Below are positions 39,336 to 52,563 of a DNA stretch of 64,000 nucleotides, piece by piece. Under the pieces are notes generated by a model that did no database searches, was not told where the DNA came from, and saw nothing but the letters and a program-made list of their open reading frames with translations. The stretch covers positions 115,012,001 through 115,076,000 of the forward strand of contig NC_087436.1 of assembly GCF_036321535.1 (NCBI RefSeq), written 5' to 3'. The position numbers and the translations under genes are program-made. Source of the stretch: Camelus dromedarius. Taxonomy: Eukaryota. Position 1 is the first letter of the stretch, and every line of letters begins with the position of its first letter.

Positions 39336-39939
39336 CAAACCCCAGCTCTGTGATCTTGCACTAAAAAGCAATTTCTTTTGAGTTACTCTCTTGTTTGATT
39401 CCTGATCTGTCCGGTTTGGGTAAATAAGAAACCTGGCTTTAGCACTGACTTTCTTACAGCCTTATCCCACGACCTAAGAAAGCACCGTTCATCTCCGGGC
39501 CTCGGTCTAAGTGTAGAAAGGGAGAGGTCAGAGACTTGACCTAGATGCACACCAAGGTCCCCTCAGGTTCAGGTATTTTACACTCCAGGAAGGGAAAAAG
39601 GACACAGCCATGGCTTTATTAATGCCCAACCCGCTGCCTGAAGAAGCTGTTCCCCACTGGACCGCGACAAGCTAGTAAGAAGATCAACAGTTCCCTCTAG
39701 TGGTGAGTAGGCAGCAGTGACTTGCCTGTATGAGCGATCCTGCTCGAAGCGCTTTCAAGGTGCGGGGTGCACAGGTGGGCAACCATAAAGCAAGACAATT
39801 CCAGGTGGTACATGGACGAACATCTGCTCATTTCAGTGCTGAGGGTTTAAATTTAATGTGCATTGGAAGGAACATATGAAACAGAGTGTCAGACTTAGTG
39901 ATTAGATGTATATTTTTGTTCTCGAAATGAGGCAATTTT

Positions 39940-42500
39940 TTAAAAAAAGTGATTAATGTATTACAATTAATAGAGATGGCAAAAGTCTTGGAGAGGAAGC
40001 TTAGAAAACATGAGATTTTAATATAATTTTTACTTTTATCAAAAATTAACATGTATGTGTCTGAAAAGGCTAATATTTATATAAGACTTTTTAAAAAAAA
40101 ATAGTGGTCCTGCCCCACCCTAGACAGAATCTTCTTCCCAGAGGCAACTGCTTGTAATCTTTTTACTTAATTATTTGCATCCATCTCTTTAAATGTCATG
40201 ATTATACTTTTAGATCTTTCTGTTTTAAATGTTATATGTTGACTTTCCAATATAGAAAATGGGATTTTGTCTTCTTTTATCCACCACCCCATCACTATTC
40301 CTCTCTCTTTTTCTCTTACTCTTTTGCATATTTCCCATTGCTTTATCTTCCCTCTGTACTTAGTGAGCAACTTTGTTTCATTCAATACTCAGGATTACAT
40401 TATTATTACTACGTATACGTTATTCTTAGTTGACCCATATCATACAATGTGGTTGTCTTTACTTTCCTGCAAAATATTTACCCATGAAGTTGATTTTTTT
40501 TCTTTTTGTTTCATTTGCTTATTTTCTATGTACTGATGATTAATTCAACTCGGAACCCCTGCCAGTTGTGTAAATCTCCTTTGGATACACACAAATACCT
40601 TAGACATTTTAAAAAAATGTCATTTTCTTAGAGTATTCTCTTCTTACCTGCCTCTCCTGGGCGTGTCCCCTCTCTGGGTCTGCTGTACAGACAACCTCAG
40701 GGGGATTGATATTTTTCCTCTCCTGTGTTGAGGTCACCTATTTGGATCTTGGATCTCACTGTATCCTCTTCCTTGGTTTACATCCTTTTTCAACTAAAGC
40801 AGATCAAATCTGCCAGGAGATTTCTGAGAAAGAATACAAGATGAGAAATTTTAAGACCTTGCCTGTCTGAAAATATCTTGTTGTGTCTTCATATGAAATC
40901 AATAGATTGTGTATAACAGTATTAGAGGACAAAATTTTCCCTTAAATTTTTTAATGTTTTTCCATTTTCTTCTAGATTCCTGTGTTGCTGTTGAGAAGTA
41001 CAGTTTTATACTGATTCTTGATCCTATATCTAAAGTTTATCCCCTGCTCTGTAATACTTGGTCCCTTGTCTGGAAGCTTGTGAAATTTTTTGTTTCCCTC
41101 CAATGTTCTGCAACTTCTTGGTGGTATGTCTTGAGGTAGGTTTGTTTCTATGCATTACACTACGTCCTTTAAAACAAAAACCTCACATGCTTCAGATTTA
41201 TGAAATTATTTAATTATTTCTTTGGTTCATTCTTTATCTCCAAATTTGTTACTCTCTTTGAGTGGAATTCCTAATATATTGAATCTCTTGGATCTGGCAC
41301 ATTGTTTTGTTTGTTTGTTGGTTTTATCCATTTTCCATTTCTATTATTCTGGTCTACTTTTTATGAGGCTTACTGAATTTTATCTTCAAAGGCTTCTCTT
41401 ATTTTTCTGATTTCTTCTCTCACATTTTCTCTTATTCCTCTCTATTCTTTCATATTTCTTATAGTTGTAAGAACTTTTGGGTTGCTTTTTGAGAGTTCCT
41501 GTTTCATAGTTTCCTGTTCTTGTTTTCTAGATTTCATATATTCTTTTATACCTTGGAAGATAACACTGATAGGGTTTTAAGTTCTCTTTTTTCTGTGCAA
41601 TTTCTCTTTCTTCTAATTTCTTCTTCTCCTCTCTCTCTCGCTCTCGCTCTTGTCTTTGACTTTTATATCCGAAGCTTTTACAATGTCAGGTGACCCTGGC
41701 TGAGTCCCAGTTTATAAGGATGGCCACTAATATCTGATTAGCAGTTTCTGTGCATCAGTCAGTGCTTTCACCAGGGAGACTTAGCTGGCTGTTTTCATTG
41801 GCGAACCCCTGAAGCCAGCACTACTGGTCTTTAAGAGTCCAAATCTCTACAGAGGATTCTTTCAATCTCTGCAGCACAAGTCTGGCTGCCAGCACTCTGC
41901 AATCTTGGAGCAGGGCGAGGGCAGGGAAGTCTCCATGTCTCAACACTGAGTATGTAAAAGTTCACTTGTTTTCCTGTTTTCACTGGGGCACGCCCATCTT
42001 TGTGTCCAGAGGCGCCTGACTTCCATCTGCCCAGGGACACTTTGTTTTACCTTCTACTGGGGAAAAGCCCCCTTTCTCCCTGGATGAGTGGGATGCTGTT
42101 TGCACTAGCGAGAGCTCTAGTCATCTGATGACATTTCAATGGGGTTTCAATCGTTCCTCTTGCGTTGTGCCTCACTTCTCTCCCATCCTCAGAGGTACGT
42201 ATATATATGATGCTGCCAGTTTCTGAGCCTCTGGGGAACTCTGAGGTGTAAATCAGCTTGCTTCTTGGCTTCTCTCACTGCCAGCTTAAGAATCTATTTT
42301 TGTGGGTCTGCTAAGTTAGTTACTACAACCCAGACATCGGCTCTCCAGCTTCCAAAATTGTTCTGCTATTCTTTCCTCTCAGTCCTTATGAATTTATGCC
42401 TTTAGAAATAATTGACCTATCCCTTTAGTGTTTTGTTTCTCTTGAGGGGAAAGTGTGGGTTGGGAGAAGGGGATGAAAGTAAAGGTGTCTGTCTAGTGTG
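39940..42500 (-). mobile_element. Ancient HAL1 (half-L1), near full length
   Basis: 'cttcccagaggcaactgc' 3' region, ORF1-like 'gaccttgcctgtctgaaaatatctt...tgttgctgttgagaagt', and 5' block 'tctgctaagttagttactac...ccagcttccaaaatt' recalled as HAL1. Confidence 0.7.
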
Positions 42501-43179
42501 TTTGTGGGTGTAGGTGTGTGTTTTATCTGTCCCCTGTAGCTGGAAGTCTCAGAATCATGATTTTTTAGAATTCCTTTTTCATTCCCTGGCAAAGCGTTTT
42601 CAGTAGGCGTCCTTCTGCCATGTGACTGAAGAAATAAATTTTGGAAAAACAGCATTGGTATGAAATATCTCTGGGCATTCTATAAAAAATGCCTGCATGT
42701 TGGGGAGTGAAGTGTGGTTATCACAGCCTCGGTGGAGACACAGGAGAAGAAAAGGAATTTTTTTGTGTGTCAGATATTCTTTATTTCACAACAGGACTAA
42801 CCAGTAAGATTTTAGGAACTGACACTTCTCTCTTCTGGTATAGCTTTAAAAGTTTTCAGTGAGGCTGAATTCCTAGTTCAGATGGATGATTTGATCAACT
42901 ACTTTATCTTTTTTGGATTTTTGTTTTGTTTACAAGAGTTTTTTTTTTTTTTTATTAGAAACAAGAACTGAAGATAATATGATCTGGGTAACCATTTAAG
43001 GTCTATTCATTATTTTCTAAATCGTGAGATTTATCTTAAATACAGAAAGTGCATAGGTACAATTTAGAGATAATCACAGAGCAAACTCCCATATCACCAC
43101 CTTTGTCAAGAAAAAAAAAACTGTCTGCATACCAGAAGCCCCCAACTTGTCCATCCTGAAAGAAGAGGATTTTTTTTTT

Positions 43180-43690
43180 TTAGTGTCCTCACTAAGTGGC
43201 AGGCACCGTGCTCTACTCCTTAGGACATGTTATCACATTTCCTTTTAACATAGAAGCTCTTTCATGAACTAGATCTTACTAGCCTTGTTTTACAAAGAAG
43301 GAAAGAGAGGGTAACCCACAAGCTAGAAAAACAAAAATAAAAAACCCCCACCCTGGGAAAAAAAAAACCCACAAAAAAACCCCAGAAAACACATACACAG
43401 CTATTCAACAAGAAACAAGGGATTCAGCTAAGCTCTTCTCGAAAGCGAAGCCCATGATCTCTCCTCTCCAGCGAACTGAATTCATGGTGTGGCTGAGACA
43501 CGGCAAGGTGATGGAACAGTGCCCTGTTATTTACAATTATCCAAATTCTCCCTTGTCACAAACTCATGCTTGATTTAAAAGAAGGAAAGGGGTGGCTGAG
43601 AGTGTGGTCTCTGATTGGGAACCACGCTAACTCATTCTGTGACCTTGGGCACATTTCTTCACTTTCGGGGCTTCAATTTCTACATCAGTG
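43180..43690. mobile_element. MIR fragments in both orientations
   Basis: 'tggcaggcaccgtgctcta' (-) and 'ctgtgaccttgggcacatttcttcacttt...cttcaatttc' (+). Confidence 0.55.
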
Positions 43691-44759
43691 AAACGAGGTC
43701 ATCAGAATAAATGGTCTGTTGCATGCTGGTGATCTGTCTTGCAGATGGTGAGCTGGAGGTGCTGAGAGCTTCAAGTCAGAGGGGAAGTCAGATACTCGGC
43801 CACCCTCTAACTCTCTGTTTATACTTTTTGCAAGAAACTTCCCAACTGATAGATCGACGGTCTTCCCAATGCCAACAGGCATGAAATTTGGTTTTCTCCC
43901 AAGTCCCTCTTCAGAGCTGAATCTCGCCACATCCCCTTCAGGGACTGCAGAATCTCATCTAAGCTCAAGGTAAATAAATACTCCAAAATGTAGACTAGAA
44001 ATGGGAGTCAAATGCAAGACTGGAAAAAGGAGGCAGCAAACCTTGGACCTTTTACCATATGGCCTCAACACTTTTGATTATTTTATGAATACATGAGGCG
44101 ACACATTGGTTTCTTCAAAGCCATTCTTGTATGTGCCTTCCAGGGTTATAATCCCTGTGAATTTAGATAATGAGGTAATTGGATTTAATGACTGAAGCAG
44201 TGATTCAGGAAGGAGTAGACCTCAAATTATTTATAATAATAATTGTTACTAATACTTGTATGGTATTACTAAAGCAACACTAAAGTGGTAATAACTTCCA
44301 TTTGAGAAATGGAAGCAACCATACATAAAATTTTGCCCAAGCCACTTGTACCCGGATGAGGAATCTAAGACTCAGAGAGACAATGTTACTTGAGTGAAAG
44401 TTTGACCCAAATTATGCTAATTCTTAATTCAGTGCTTTCTCCCTGACACTTCATTGCTCCATTGCTGGCGGTATTAGCCCCCTCCCTCTACAAATGTCAT
44501 AGTGCTGCTTTACAACTATGATTGATGGCTCTATGATTGGATATTTATCAGTTTCCTTGATTAATAATAATGTTCTTGGCAAAATAAGTTTAGGTTATTA
44601 ATAAGGAAAATAGGTCAAAGTATCCTAATTTCAACATCAGAAGTCAACTACAATTGTGATGTTATTAGCCTGAATGAACTAAGAATATTTTATGCCCTGA
44701 TATAAATATGTTCTTTTTTTAAATTTTGTTTTCATTTAATAATTTTATCCTTTCTGCTT

Positions 44760-44990
44760 ATTCCAAGTATATTATACATCCGGTATTGTTTATGTGCTTT
44801 GCAAAGATTATCTCATTAAATTGCCATAACATTAAATAAAGTAAGTGTAATTATTATGCCCGCTCCTTGGAGCTCAGAGAGGTGGGTGAGTTTCTCAAGA
44901 TCTACATGTGGTATTTGGCAGAGTTGGAATGTAAACTCACGTACATCTATTGTGTAACTCAGGGTCTTTACTGCTCAGCTACACTCCAAA
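44760..44990 (-). mobile_element. MIR SINE
   Basis: 'gtgctttgcaaagattatctcattaa...gctcagagaggt...tggcagagttggaatgtaaactca'. Confidence 0.7.
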
Positions 44991-47017
44991 ATTTTCCCCT
45001 AAACTGATCAATTTTGCATGAAGCACTCTGAAGAAAGATGTCACACATATTCAAGATGTGTCCTACTATAGTAGTTTTGCCACGGTTACCACTACTATTG
45101 AATCCAAACCAAATATTCCATTTCTTTGGTGGCCATTTGTTTAGAGAGGTATCTTTCTCAGCATCTTGATCTATACTTTTTTCTCTTTGTCAGTGAGCTG
45201 TCTGTTGACACCAAATTGGTCTGTGATTCCTTAAGGAAAGTCTTTTATAAATACTTTTAAGGAATGTTATTATTATTTTTTTGTCCAAAAGTAACGTATC
45301 TCAAGTGGTGGTGCTTTGTAACATTTTATTGACATCTCATCCTCATCATATTCGTTTATATCTTAAAACTTGACTTCTCTCATCTTTCAATTTCTTTATA
45401 AGAGAGAAAAGATCGAAACACCACCTTTTGAGACTTGTTAAAATAGGTAAGTTTTTTTTTTTTAACATTTTTGTATCTCCATTTTATTAATTCAAAAATA
45501 ATCAAATAAGATCAAATAAGGTAACTCATTCATTCTTTTGTTCCAAGTTATTGATCATTTGCATAGCTGATTACAACAAAATGTGCACTGAGTGAATAAT
45601 TACTTAGAGTCAAAGAGACAGGAATTCAGTGCTGACTTTGTCCCTTTATCAAGTGATTTTGGGCATATTTTCTCGTCACAATTTATGGAAAGTACTACCT
45701 CTGTCACTTCCACCCGGGGTGGCTGGGCAAAATGAGATCGCACACGGAGAAAGATAAACCACAATGCCTGTCATGTCATCGGTGTTAAATAATTGTTTCT
45801 GATTCATTTATCCAAACGTATTCACTCCCAAGACTGCTTCTTTCTAGTATGAGACCTTGCTAGGGAGCAAGCTCATTGGCTGTGCAAGGTAAGCAGTCCC
45901 CACTGTACTGAGATCATTTGCCTGAAATGTTTCCTTTCCCATTCAATGTTGCTTGTTTACATTGTGTCGGATCAAATGGAAGAAAGAAGAACAATGTGAT
46001 TCATGATCCTCTTTCAAGGAGGCAGCTGCAACATAAATGATGTCTCAGGAAACAGAATAATCTGTTTGTGTGGCCACAACTCTGTGATCCCTGACCTGTC
46101 TTAATCTTCAGAGGTGGCTATGTGTGGCACTTTTGTCCCCAGGTGGGACTGAACGTTGGAAAAAAAAAAAAACTCACCATTCATTTGTGTATTTTTTTTT
46201 AATTGTATTACAGATAGCTTGAAAACCTTTGGTATATGTTTCAAATCTTCTTTCTTCATTGAGCTCAAGAGTTCGTATCTTCTGCTTTGCAAAAGTAACA
46301 GGGATTTTTATGAAATTCCATCTCTCTTGAGGATTTGGGATGCTCTTGGTATCTGCCACAGTAAGAAAACAAGCTGAAAGAATGTGGAAACATGAAGCCA
46401 TCCGGCTGCTGGTCCACTTTCACACCGGCTCTAGGGGTCACTGAGAGCCCTCCAAGGGCTGTTGAGACCCAGCTCTGACAGGAAGCATTTGATCTCATCC
46501 CAGCAGTGCCCGGACATGTGTACTCAGATAGGTGGATTGTCTCCAAATGGGGCAAAACCTTGGAGAAGATTTGAAGTGGGAAACTTGAAGGAGGTGTTTA
46601 GAAGCAGATTTCAGTCCCCTTAGAACTGTCAAAATTCCAAATCCTAAGCACTTTGAATAATATCACATTTTATTATATGTCATTTTTGTGTGTGTGTGCC
46701 ATTGGAAATTGTGAGAATTCAGTGTGGGAGGTTCCTTGTTTAATGTTAGAGGCGTAACAATGAATGGATGACACATCATCCCTGTCTTCCAGGATCCCTG
46801 GTGGTAGGCAAATGGATGAGCAGGCACTGACAATACTGGGTAATGTGTTATGACAGGTTTCAGTAGAGACAAGTTAAAACAGATTCATTCCTAGGAGAGA
46901 AGGTGGGTAACTGTTGTGCTCAGAAAGATCCAAAGTGATTAGACTTGTCATTCACTCAACAAGTAGTGAGATAGTAACTGTGTGTTGTACTAGTCCCAGG
47001 TGAGCTATCTTAAGGAG

Positions 47018-47411
47018 TGTGTTCGTCTGTTAAGGCTGTGTAACAAAATATCACAGATACATTTCTTATCACAGAAATTTATTTTCTCACATTTCTGGAG
47101 GCTAAGAAGTTCAATATCAAGATGCTGACAAGCTAGCTTTCTTCTTGAGTCCTCTTGGATTCTTGGATTGCAGGTCATCTCTCTGAGTGCTTACACAACA
47201 CCCTTTTTGAGTGCAGGTGGGGAAAGAGGGACAGAGTGAGCTCTCTGATGCTTCTTCTCATTCTTCTAAAGACACTATTCCTATCAGATCAGGGTCTCAT
47301 TTAACCTTAACTACTTCTTGAGAGGCCTCATCTCTGAATACAGCCACACTGGGTGTTAAGGCTGCAACATACACATTTGGGAGTAGGGTACAAACATCCA
47401 GTCCCTAACAA
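47018..47411 (-). mobile_element. MaLR MLT1A-like solo LTR
   Basis: 'taacaaaatatcacaga...cagaaatttattttctcacatttctggaggctaagaagttcaatatcaagatgctg...caaacatccagtccctaaca'. Confidence 0.85.
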
Positions 47412-47513
47412 GAGGCGATGATAATCGATCAGTGTAGCCATGTAAAGTGAGTGGAGGTGACCAGCGAGAGCTCTAAGCACAGCAGCATGTGTATGTCCAT
47501 GAAGAACTGGAGT

Positions 47514-47706
47514 AGCATTGCCAGATAAAATATAGGGCACTTGGTTAAATTTGAATTTCAGATTAACAACAAGTAATTTGTTTTAGTATAAATATGTCTC
47601 AAATATTGCATAGGGCATACTTATCCCAAAAAATAATTCATTGTCTATCTGAAATTCAAATGTAATTGGGTATCTTGTATTTTGATTCACTAAATTGTGT
47701 ACCCCT
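47514..47706. mobile_element. MER53 palindromic hAT MITE
   Basis: 'ttgccagataaaata...ttaaatttgaatttcagat...' mirrored by '...atctgaaattcaaatgtaa'; whole-element inverted symmetry. Confidence 0.85.
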
Positions 47707-47971
47707 TGATTGGAGAGCTGTTCCATTCAGGGAGCTGTGTACGGCATGGTGAGACAGGGCAGGGGACATGAGGAGCCTAGAAAAGCAGTCAGAAGGGCCT
47801 TATTACTGTTTAAGGAGTGATAAGTTTTGAGTCCTCACAGCCAGCAAGTCCATTAACCTCTTCTATCAGAGGGTATGGTGATGTGGACCCATCTCTTTGA
47901 GCTGTTGTCTAGTCACAAACGCCATGCACACTCTGAAGCAAAGTGGTGTACTCATTTTTGTTTCATCCCAC

Positions 47972-48384
47972 TGTAATGGGCTGAATAATTTCACCCCAAA
48001 TGTTCATTGTGAAGTCCTAACCCTCAATACCTCAGAATAAGACTGTATTTGGAGACGAGGTCTTTAAAGAGATACTTAAATTAAAATGTGGTCATTAGGG
48101 TGGGCTCTAGTCCATTATGACTGGTACCCTGAAAAGAAGAAGAATTGGGATACAGGCACTAGCAGAGGGAGAATCTTGTAAAGACACAGCGAGAAGAAAC
48201 CCATCTACCAGCCAAGCAGAAAGGCTTAGAACAGATCCTTCCCTCATGGTCCACAGAGGGAGTCAGCACTGCCAACACTTTGATCTTGGACTTCTAGCCT
48301 CCAGAACTGTGAGAAAATAAATTTCTGTCATTTAACCCATCCAGGATGTGATCTTTTGTTAGGCAGCCCCAACAAACTAACACA
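47972..48384 (+). mobile_element. MaLR MLT1A/B-like solo LTR
   Basis: 'tgtaatgggctgaat...gtatttggaga...ggacttctagcctccagaactgtgagaaaataaatttctg...aaactaacaca'. Confidence 0.9.
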
Positions 48385-49419
48385 CATACCTTTAGAAAAA
48401 ATAAAAGAAGGAAAAAACTGAAGTACAAGTAGTGTTTGTATCAAGTACTGTGTGAGCCCGTAGTGGGTCTACAGTATCAGATGCCGGAGCTGAAAGGGCT
48501 TTTATAACCCATCCAGACCTGGGCTCCACTTGGACTTCCCATTTCATGGTGAGAAATCTGAGGACCACACTGGTAGGGACTGGCCCAAGACTGTGTCCTA
48601 TGTTCACAAGAGAACATGGCGAACAGACACAGTGATGGGTCCAGGATACTGGAATGAACGTGCAAAGGGAGGTAAAATGGTTTGCTCCCAGGTAGAGGCG
48701 GGGCATAGGTTGGACCTCTAAAGACGGGACTGAACGTGCACGTGTACAGACAAGGATTAGTTTACACTGCTGTTGATCACAGAGCTGTGAAAGAGCTTGC
48801 AGACTAGGGCAAGCTGAGAGCCTGGGAAGGTGTGCTCTCAGTAGACAATGCATCTCAGTTTTCCACTGACATACACATTCTTCTCCACACCAGGACTCCT
48901 AGGTATCAAACAGCACTTGAAAGCAGAAACTCCTTACTTTGTGTTTCAGGGCTAAATATCAGTGTCATGTGTTGGGAAAGAGGCCATGCAGGAATCTATT
49001 AGAGACACAAGGGCGTGCAGGCATCCAGAGGGACCGGGGGAAGGCTCCAAAGAAAGATATCTTTTCTCTGGCCAGTTTGTACTGGAGAATTTTCAGAATC
49101 AAACATTTTAGGGCTGGCAGAGTCTGGAATCCTATCCAATCCATTTGTTTTATGGATGAGGAGACAGAGGTGCCCATTGTCGAGGTGATGTGGTCCAGTC
49201 ATCCAGCATCGGGCTGGGTTACGTGGGTTCCTGAAGCCAGTAAGTTGCTTCTGCCATGAAATTCTGCTTCTTTGCCACCTGTTACATCTTCCCATTCCCT
49301 CTTCAAAGTGGTACAGAAAGTAGACTTAAACCTGGAGAGAACTGCAAAAATGGAGTGAAAATTGAAATCAAATAGCTTGGGTTCTGTTTGCTGGACCCAG
49401 GGAGCCGTTTCAGAAGCTC

Positions 49420-49775
49420 TCTTCCCTTCTGTGCATTTTCTGCTCCTGCACCTTTGCTCATGCCCTTCTTTCTGCCTCGAATGTGGTGGTTTCCAGTGTC
49501 ACCACACCATCACCTTCCATTTTTCCCCAAACTCTGGGGGCTTTCTTCTGTAGCTTAATTTGTACCCCAGCTTTCTCTTTCTCCATAGACTCAACTAAAT
49601 TCCTTAGGGGAAGGATCCATAGCTGATGAATCTTTTCTTCCTTTTTAAGCCTGAGAAAAGTGCCTCTTTATTCAATCTCTGTGAGCGCTTTGGAGGGCTG
49701 TGCCTGAGTCCTGAGCGGCTACCAGAGCCTGGAGTATAGTAGGTGCTTATTAAATATTGTTAGAACAAATGACAG
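49420..49775 (+). mobile_element. L2 3' end
   Basis: 'ctgtgagcgctttggagggc...cagagcctggagtatagtaggtgcttattaaatattgttagaa'. Confidence 0.7.
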
Positions 49776-50199
49776 TCATGATTACTGCATTGCACATCTT
49801 TGTTTAAAATTTTGGAAGAGCTTGGGATCCTGTTGGTGCCTGGTGGTAGTCTTGAAGGTGAAGAAGATTCTTGAAGAATCGGGGTGTAATTCAAGAGCTA
49901 GATGGAACCTCTTCCTCCTGGGGCAACCCTCATCCTTTAGCTCTTCTTCACTTAAACGTAACGTACACTGAGTACTCACATTTACATTCTACCCAAATGA
50001 GGTTGGTGTTTAACCTAGCACCGACCTCCACTTAAACTGAATCAGTACTATAACTCGGATGTACTTAAATTATCCACAGACCTTTTTGTTTCTCTTTTCC
50101 CAGTGGAAAAATACAGGCCTGTAGCTCTTTCACTGATACTGGGAAATCGTAGATTTGGCCTGACCTTCGGGGTTTGGCAAAGTGGAGCTGGGTAGAAAG

Positions 50200-51305
50200 C
50201 CATTCTCCGACATGCTTTACATATGTTACATTCAGGATGCCACGGCAGCCCGCGGGGCGGGTGCCATTGCTCTCATCTTAAAGGTGCTGGGCGAGACTCA
50301 GAGGGTGAGAGTGGCAGGCCCCAGGCCAGCCTGCTGATTGGAGGAGGCAGGGCCCTCCGACCCAGGTCTCTGCTGCTTCTGCCATCCCTCTCGTCTCCCC
50401 AGCTCTGAGAGATTGTCCATGTCTTCGTCCTGTGATGAGGCTGTGGATGAGTCAGTGAATGACCCAGAGCAAACCTAAAGAAACAAACAAAAACAAAGCA
50501 GATACAGGACCTGGGTCCTAGAGCAATGTTCCCACCCAACTTCTCTCTAAAAGTTAACTTATGAAGTTCAGTGACTTCCTCTCCAAGGCATCTACCAAAG
50601 CAAAAGGCTGGAGGGGAGCGCTGATGGGTGGTTTTGATTACATCAGCGATTTGTCCCCACCACGCTCTGCTGAGGACGACCAGGTGTTCTTGTTTAGCAG
50701 AGGAGGACACAGATTCTCATCTCTAAGGACAATACTAGCTGCTACCTCTTAACTCTTTACTCTGGGCTGGGCACCTTTATGAACATTTTACCTGTACTAA
50801 CACATTTAATTTTCTATGGAATACAGGACACTATTATCCTTGGTTTATGAATAAGGAAAAACTGAAGCACAGAATGGTTATGTTGATTGTCCAAGTTTTC
50901 ATAGTTGGGGAACGGAGCCAGCTCAGGTAGGTCAACTCCCAAGTCCATGGACATAGCCATTGTGCAAAGGTGTTGAACGGCTTGCTTCGGGTGGGGAAGC
51001 TGGTGCAAGGGAAGTGGTAGATGTTGGTCTGAGTCAAGACTCTGGCTTCAAAATCCACATAGTTTTTAACATCATACCTCTCTAGGTCACATACGAATAT
51101 GATTTTAGAGTTAGACTTTGGCTTATTACTTGGCTCCTGTGCAGTCCTAGACAAATCTCTCTGCCTCAGTTTCCTCATCTGTTAAATAAAAATGGTCATG
51201 ACCCCTATTTCATTATGTTTTTTTAAGTATTGAATGTGATACTATGTGTGAAGAATTGGTAAACTCTCTGTCGTGTAGAAAACAATAAATGTTGGCTACG
51301 ATTAC
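50200..51305. mobile_element. Cluster of MIR SINEs (- at ~50200-50400 and ~50730-51080; + at ~51100-51305)
   Basis: Cores 'aaactgaagcacagaatggtta' and 'tctgcctcagtttcctcatctgttaaat'. Confidence 0.7.
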
Positions 51306-51370
51306 TGTTTTTAAGTTTCCATTCATGTTGCAACATTGGTGTTTATTAAGTCACAGTTATTTTCACTAAA

Positions 51371-51410
51371 ATATGAGTATCAGTGAAATGATATATGAGT
51401 ATCAGTGAAA
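51371..51410. repeat. 18-bp direct repeat (atatgagtatcagtgaaa)x2 with a 4-nt spacer
   Basis: 51371-51388 equals 51393-51410, read directly. Confidence 0.95.
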
Positions 51411-52194
51411 GGGGCTAGCAGTACTGAGTTTGTACCTGGTTTTTAGAAGGGCATGTGAAAAAGCCTCATTTTTTTTTAATCTGAAGAAATGGGACACTTC
51501 AAGAAGCTATGTTTCCGGAGGAAGGTAAGACAAAAGCTAGATGAGTTGTCCAAGGCACTTGCTAAGTGGCAGGGTACAGGTAGAGGGTGTGCTTCCAGAT
51601 GCTGGGGGATCGATGAGAGGTATCCAGGTGAGGGTGGAAAGCTTGGACCAGAGGAGAGGGGAAGGAAAGTGAGATGGAGAAGTTTCTCTGATTGAAGCCC
51701 CAGCTTCTTTGTCTGGGGCAGCTGTGACTACGGACACGGGCAGTGAAGGCAATGCTAACAATACATCGCTTGAACAGAAGAGTTTCTTGAGATTTCCAAG
51801 CTTTCCATGAAAAGAAATGGTATAGAGATATGAGCAAAAATATTGACAGAAATAACAAATAGGCATTGCCTCTCAAGTCCATTTTTTTAAAAACGTTTTT
51901 TTTTATTGAGTAATAGTCATTTTACAATGCTGTGTCAAATTCCAGTGTAGAGCACAATTTTTCAGTTATACATGAACATACATATATTCATTGTCACATT
52001 TTTTTTCGCTGTGAACTACCACAAGATCTTGTATATATTTCCCTGTGCTACACAGTATAATCTTGTTTATCTATTCTACATTTTAAAATCCCAGTCTATC
52101 CCTTCCAACCCCCTGCCCCTTTGGCAACCACAAGTTTGTATTCTATGTCTATGAGTCTGTTTCTGTTTTGTATTTTTTTTTTTTTTTTTTTTTT

Positions 52195-52563
52195 TTAGAT
52201 TCCACAAATGAGTGATTGCACGCAGTATTTTTCTTTCTCTTTCTGGCTTACTTTACTTAGGCTGACATTCTCCAGGAGCATCCATGTTGCTGCAAATGGT
52301 GTTATGTTGTCAGTTTTTGTGGCTGAATAGTATTCCATTGTATAAATATACCACCTCTTCTTTATCCAGTCATCTGTTGATGGACATTTAGGCTGTTTCC
52401 ATGTCTTGGCTATTGTAAATTGTGCTGCTGTGAACATTGGGGTGCAGGTGTCATTTTGAAGTAGGGTTCCTTCTGGATATATGCCCAGGAGCGGGATTCC
52501 TGGGTCGTACAGTAAGTCTATTCCTAGTCTTTAGAGGAATCTCCATACTGTTTTCCACAGTGG
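52195..52563 (-). pseudogene. L1 ORF2 C-terminal remnant
   Basis: 'MFTAAQFTIAKTWKQPKCPSTDDWIKKRWYIYTMEYYSA' is the canonical L1 ORF2p C-terminus. Confidence 0.9.
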
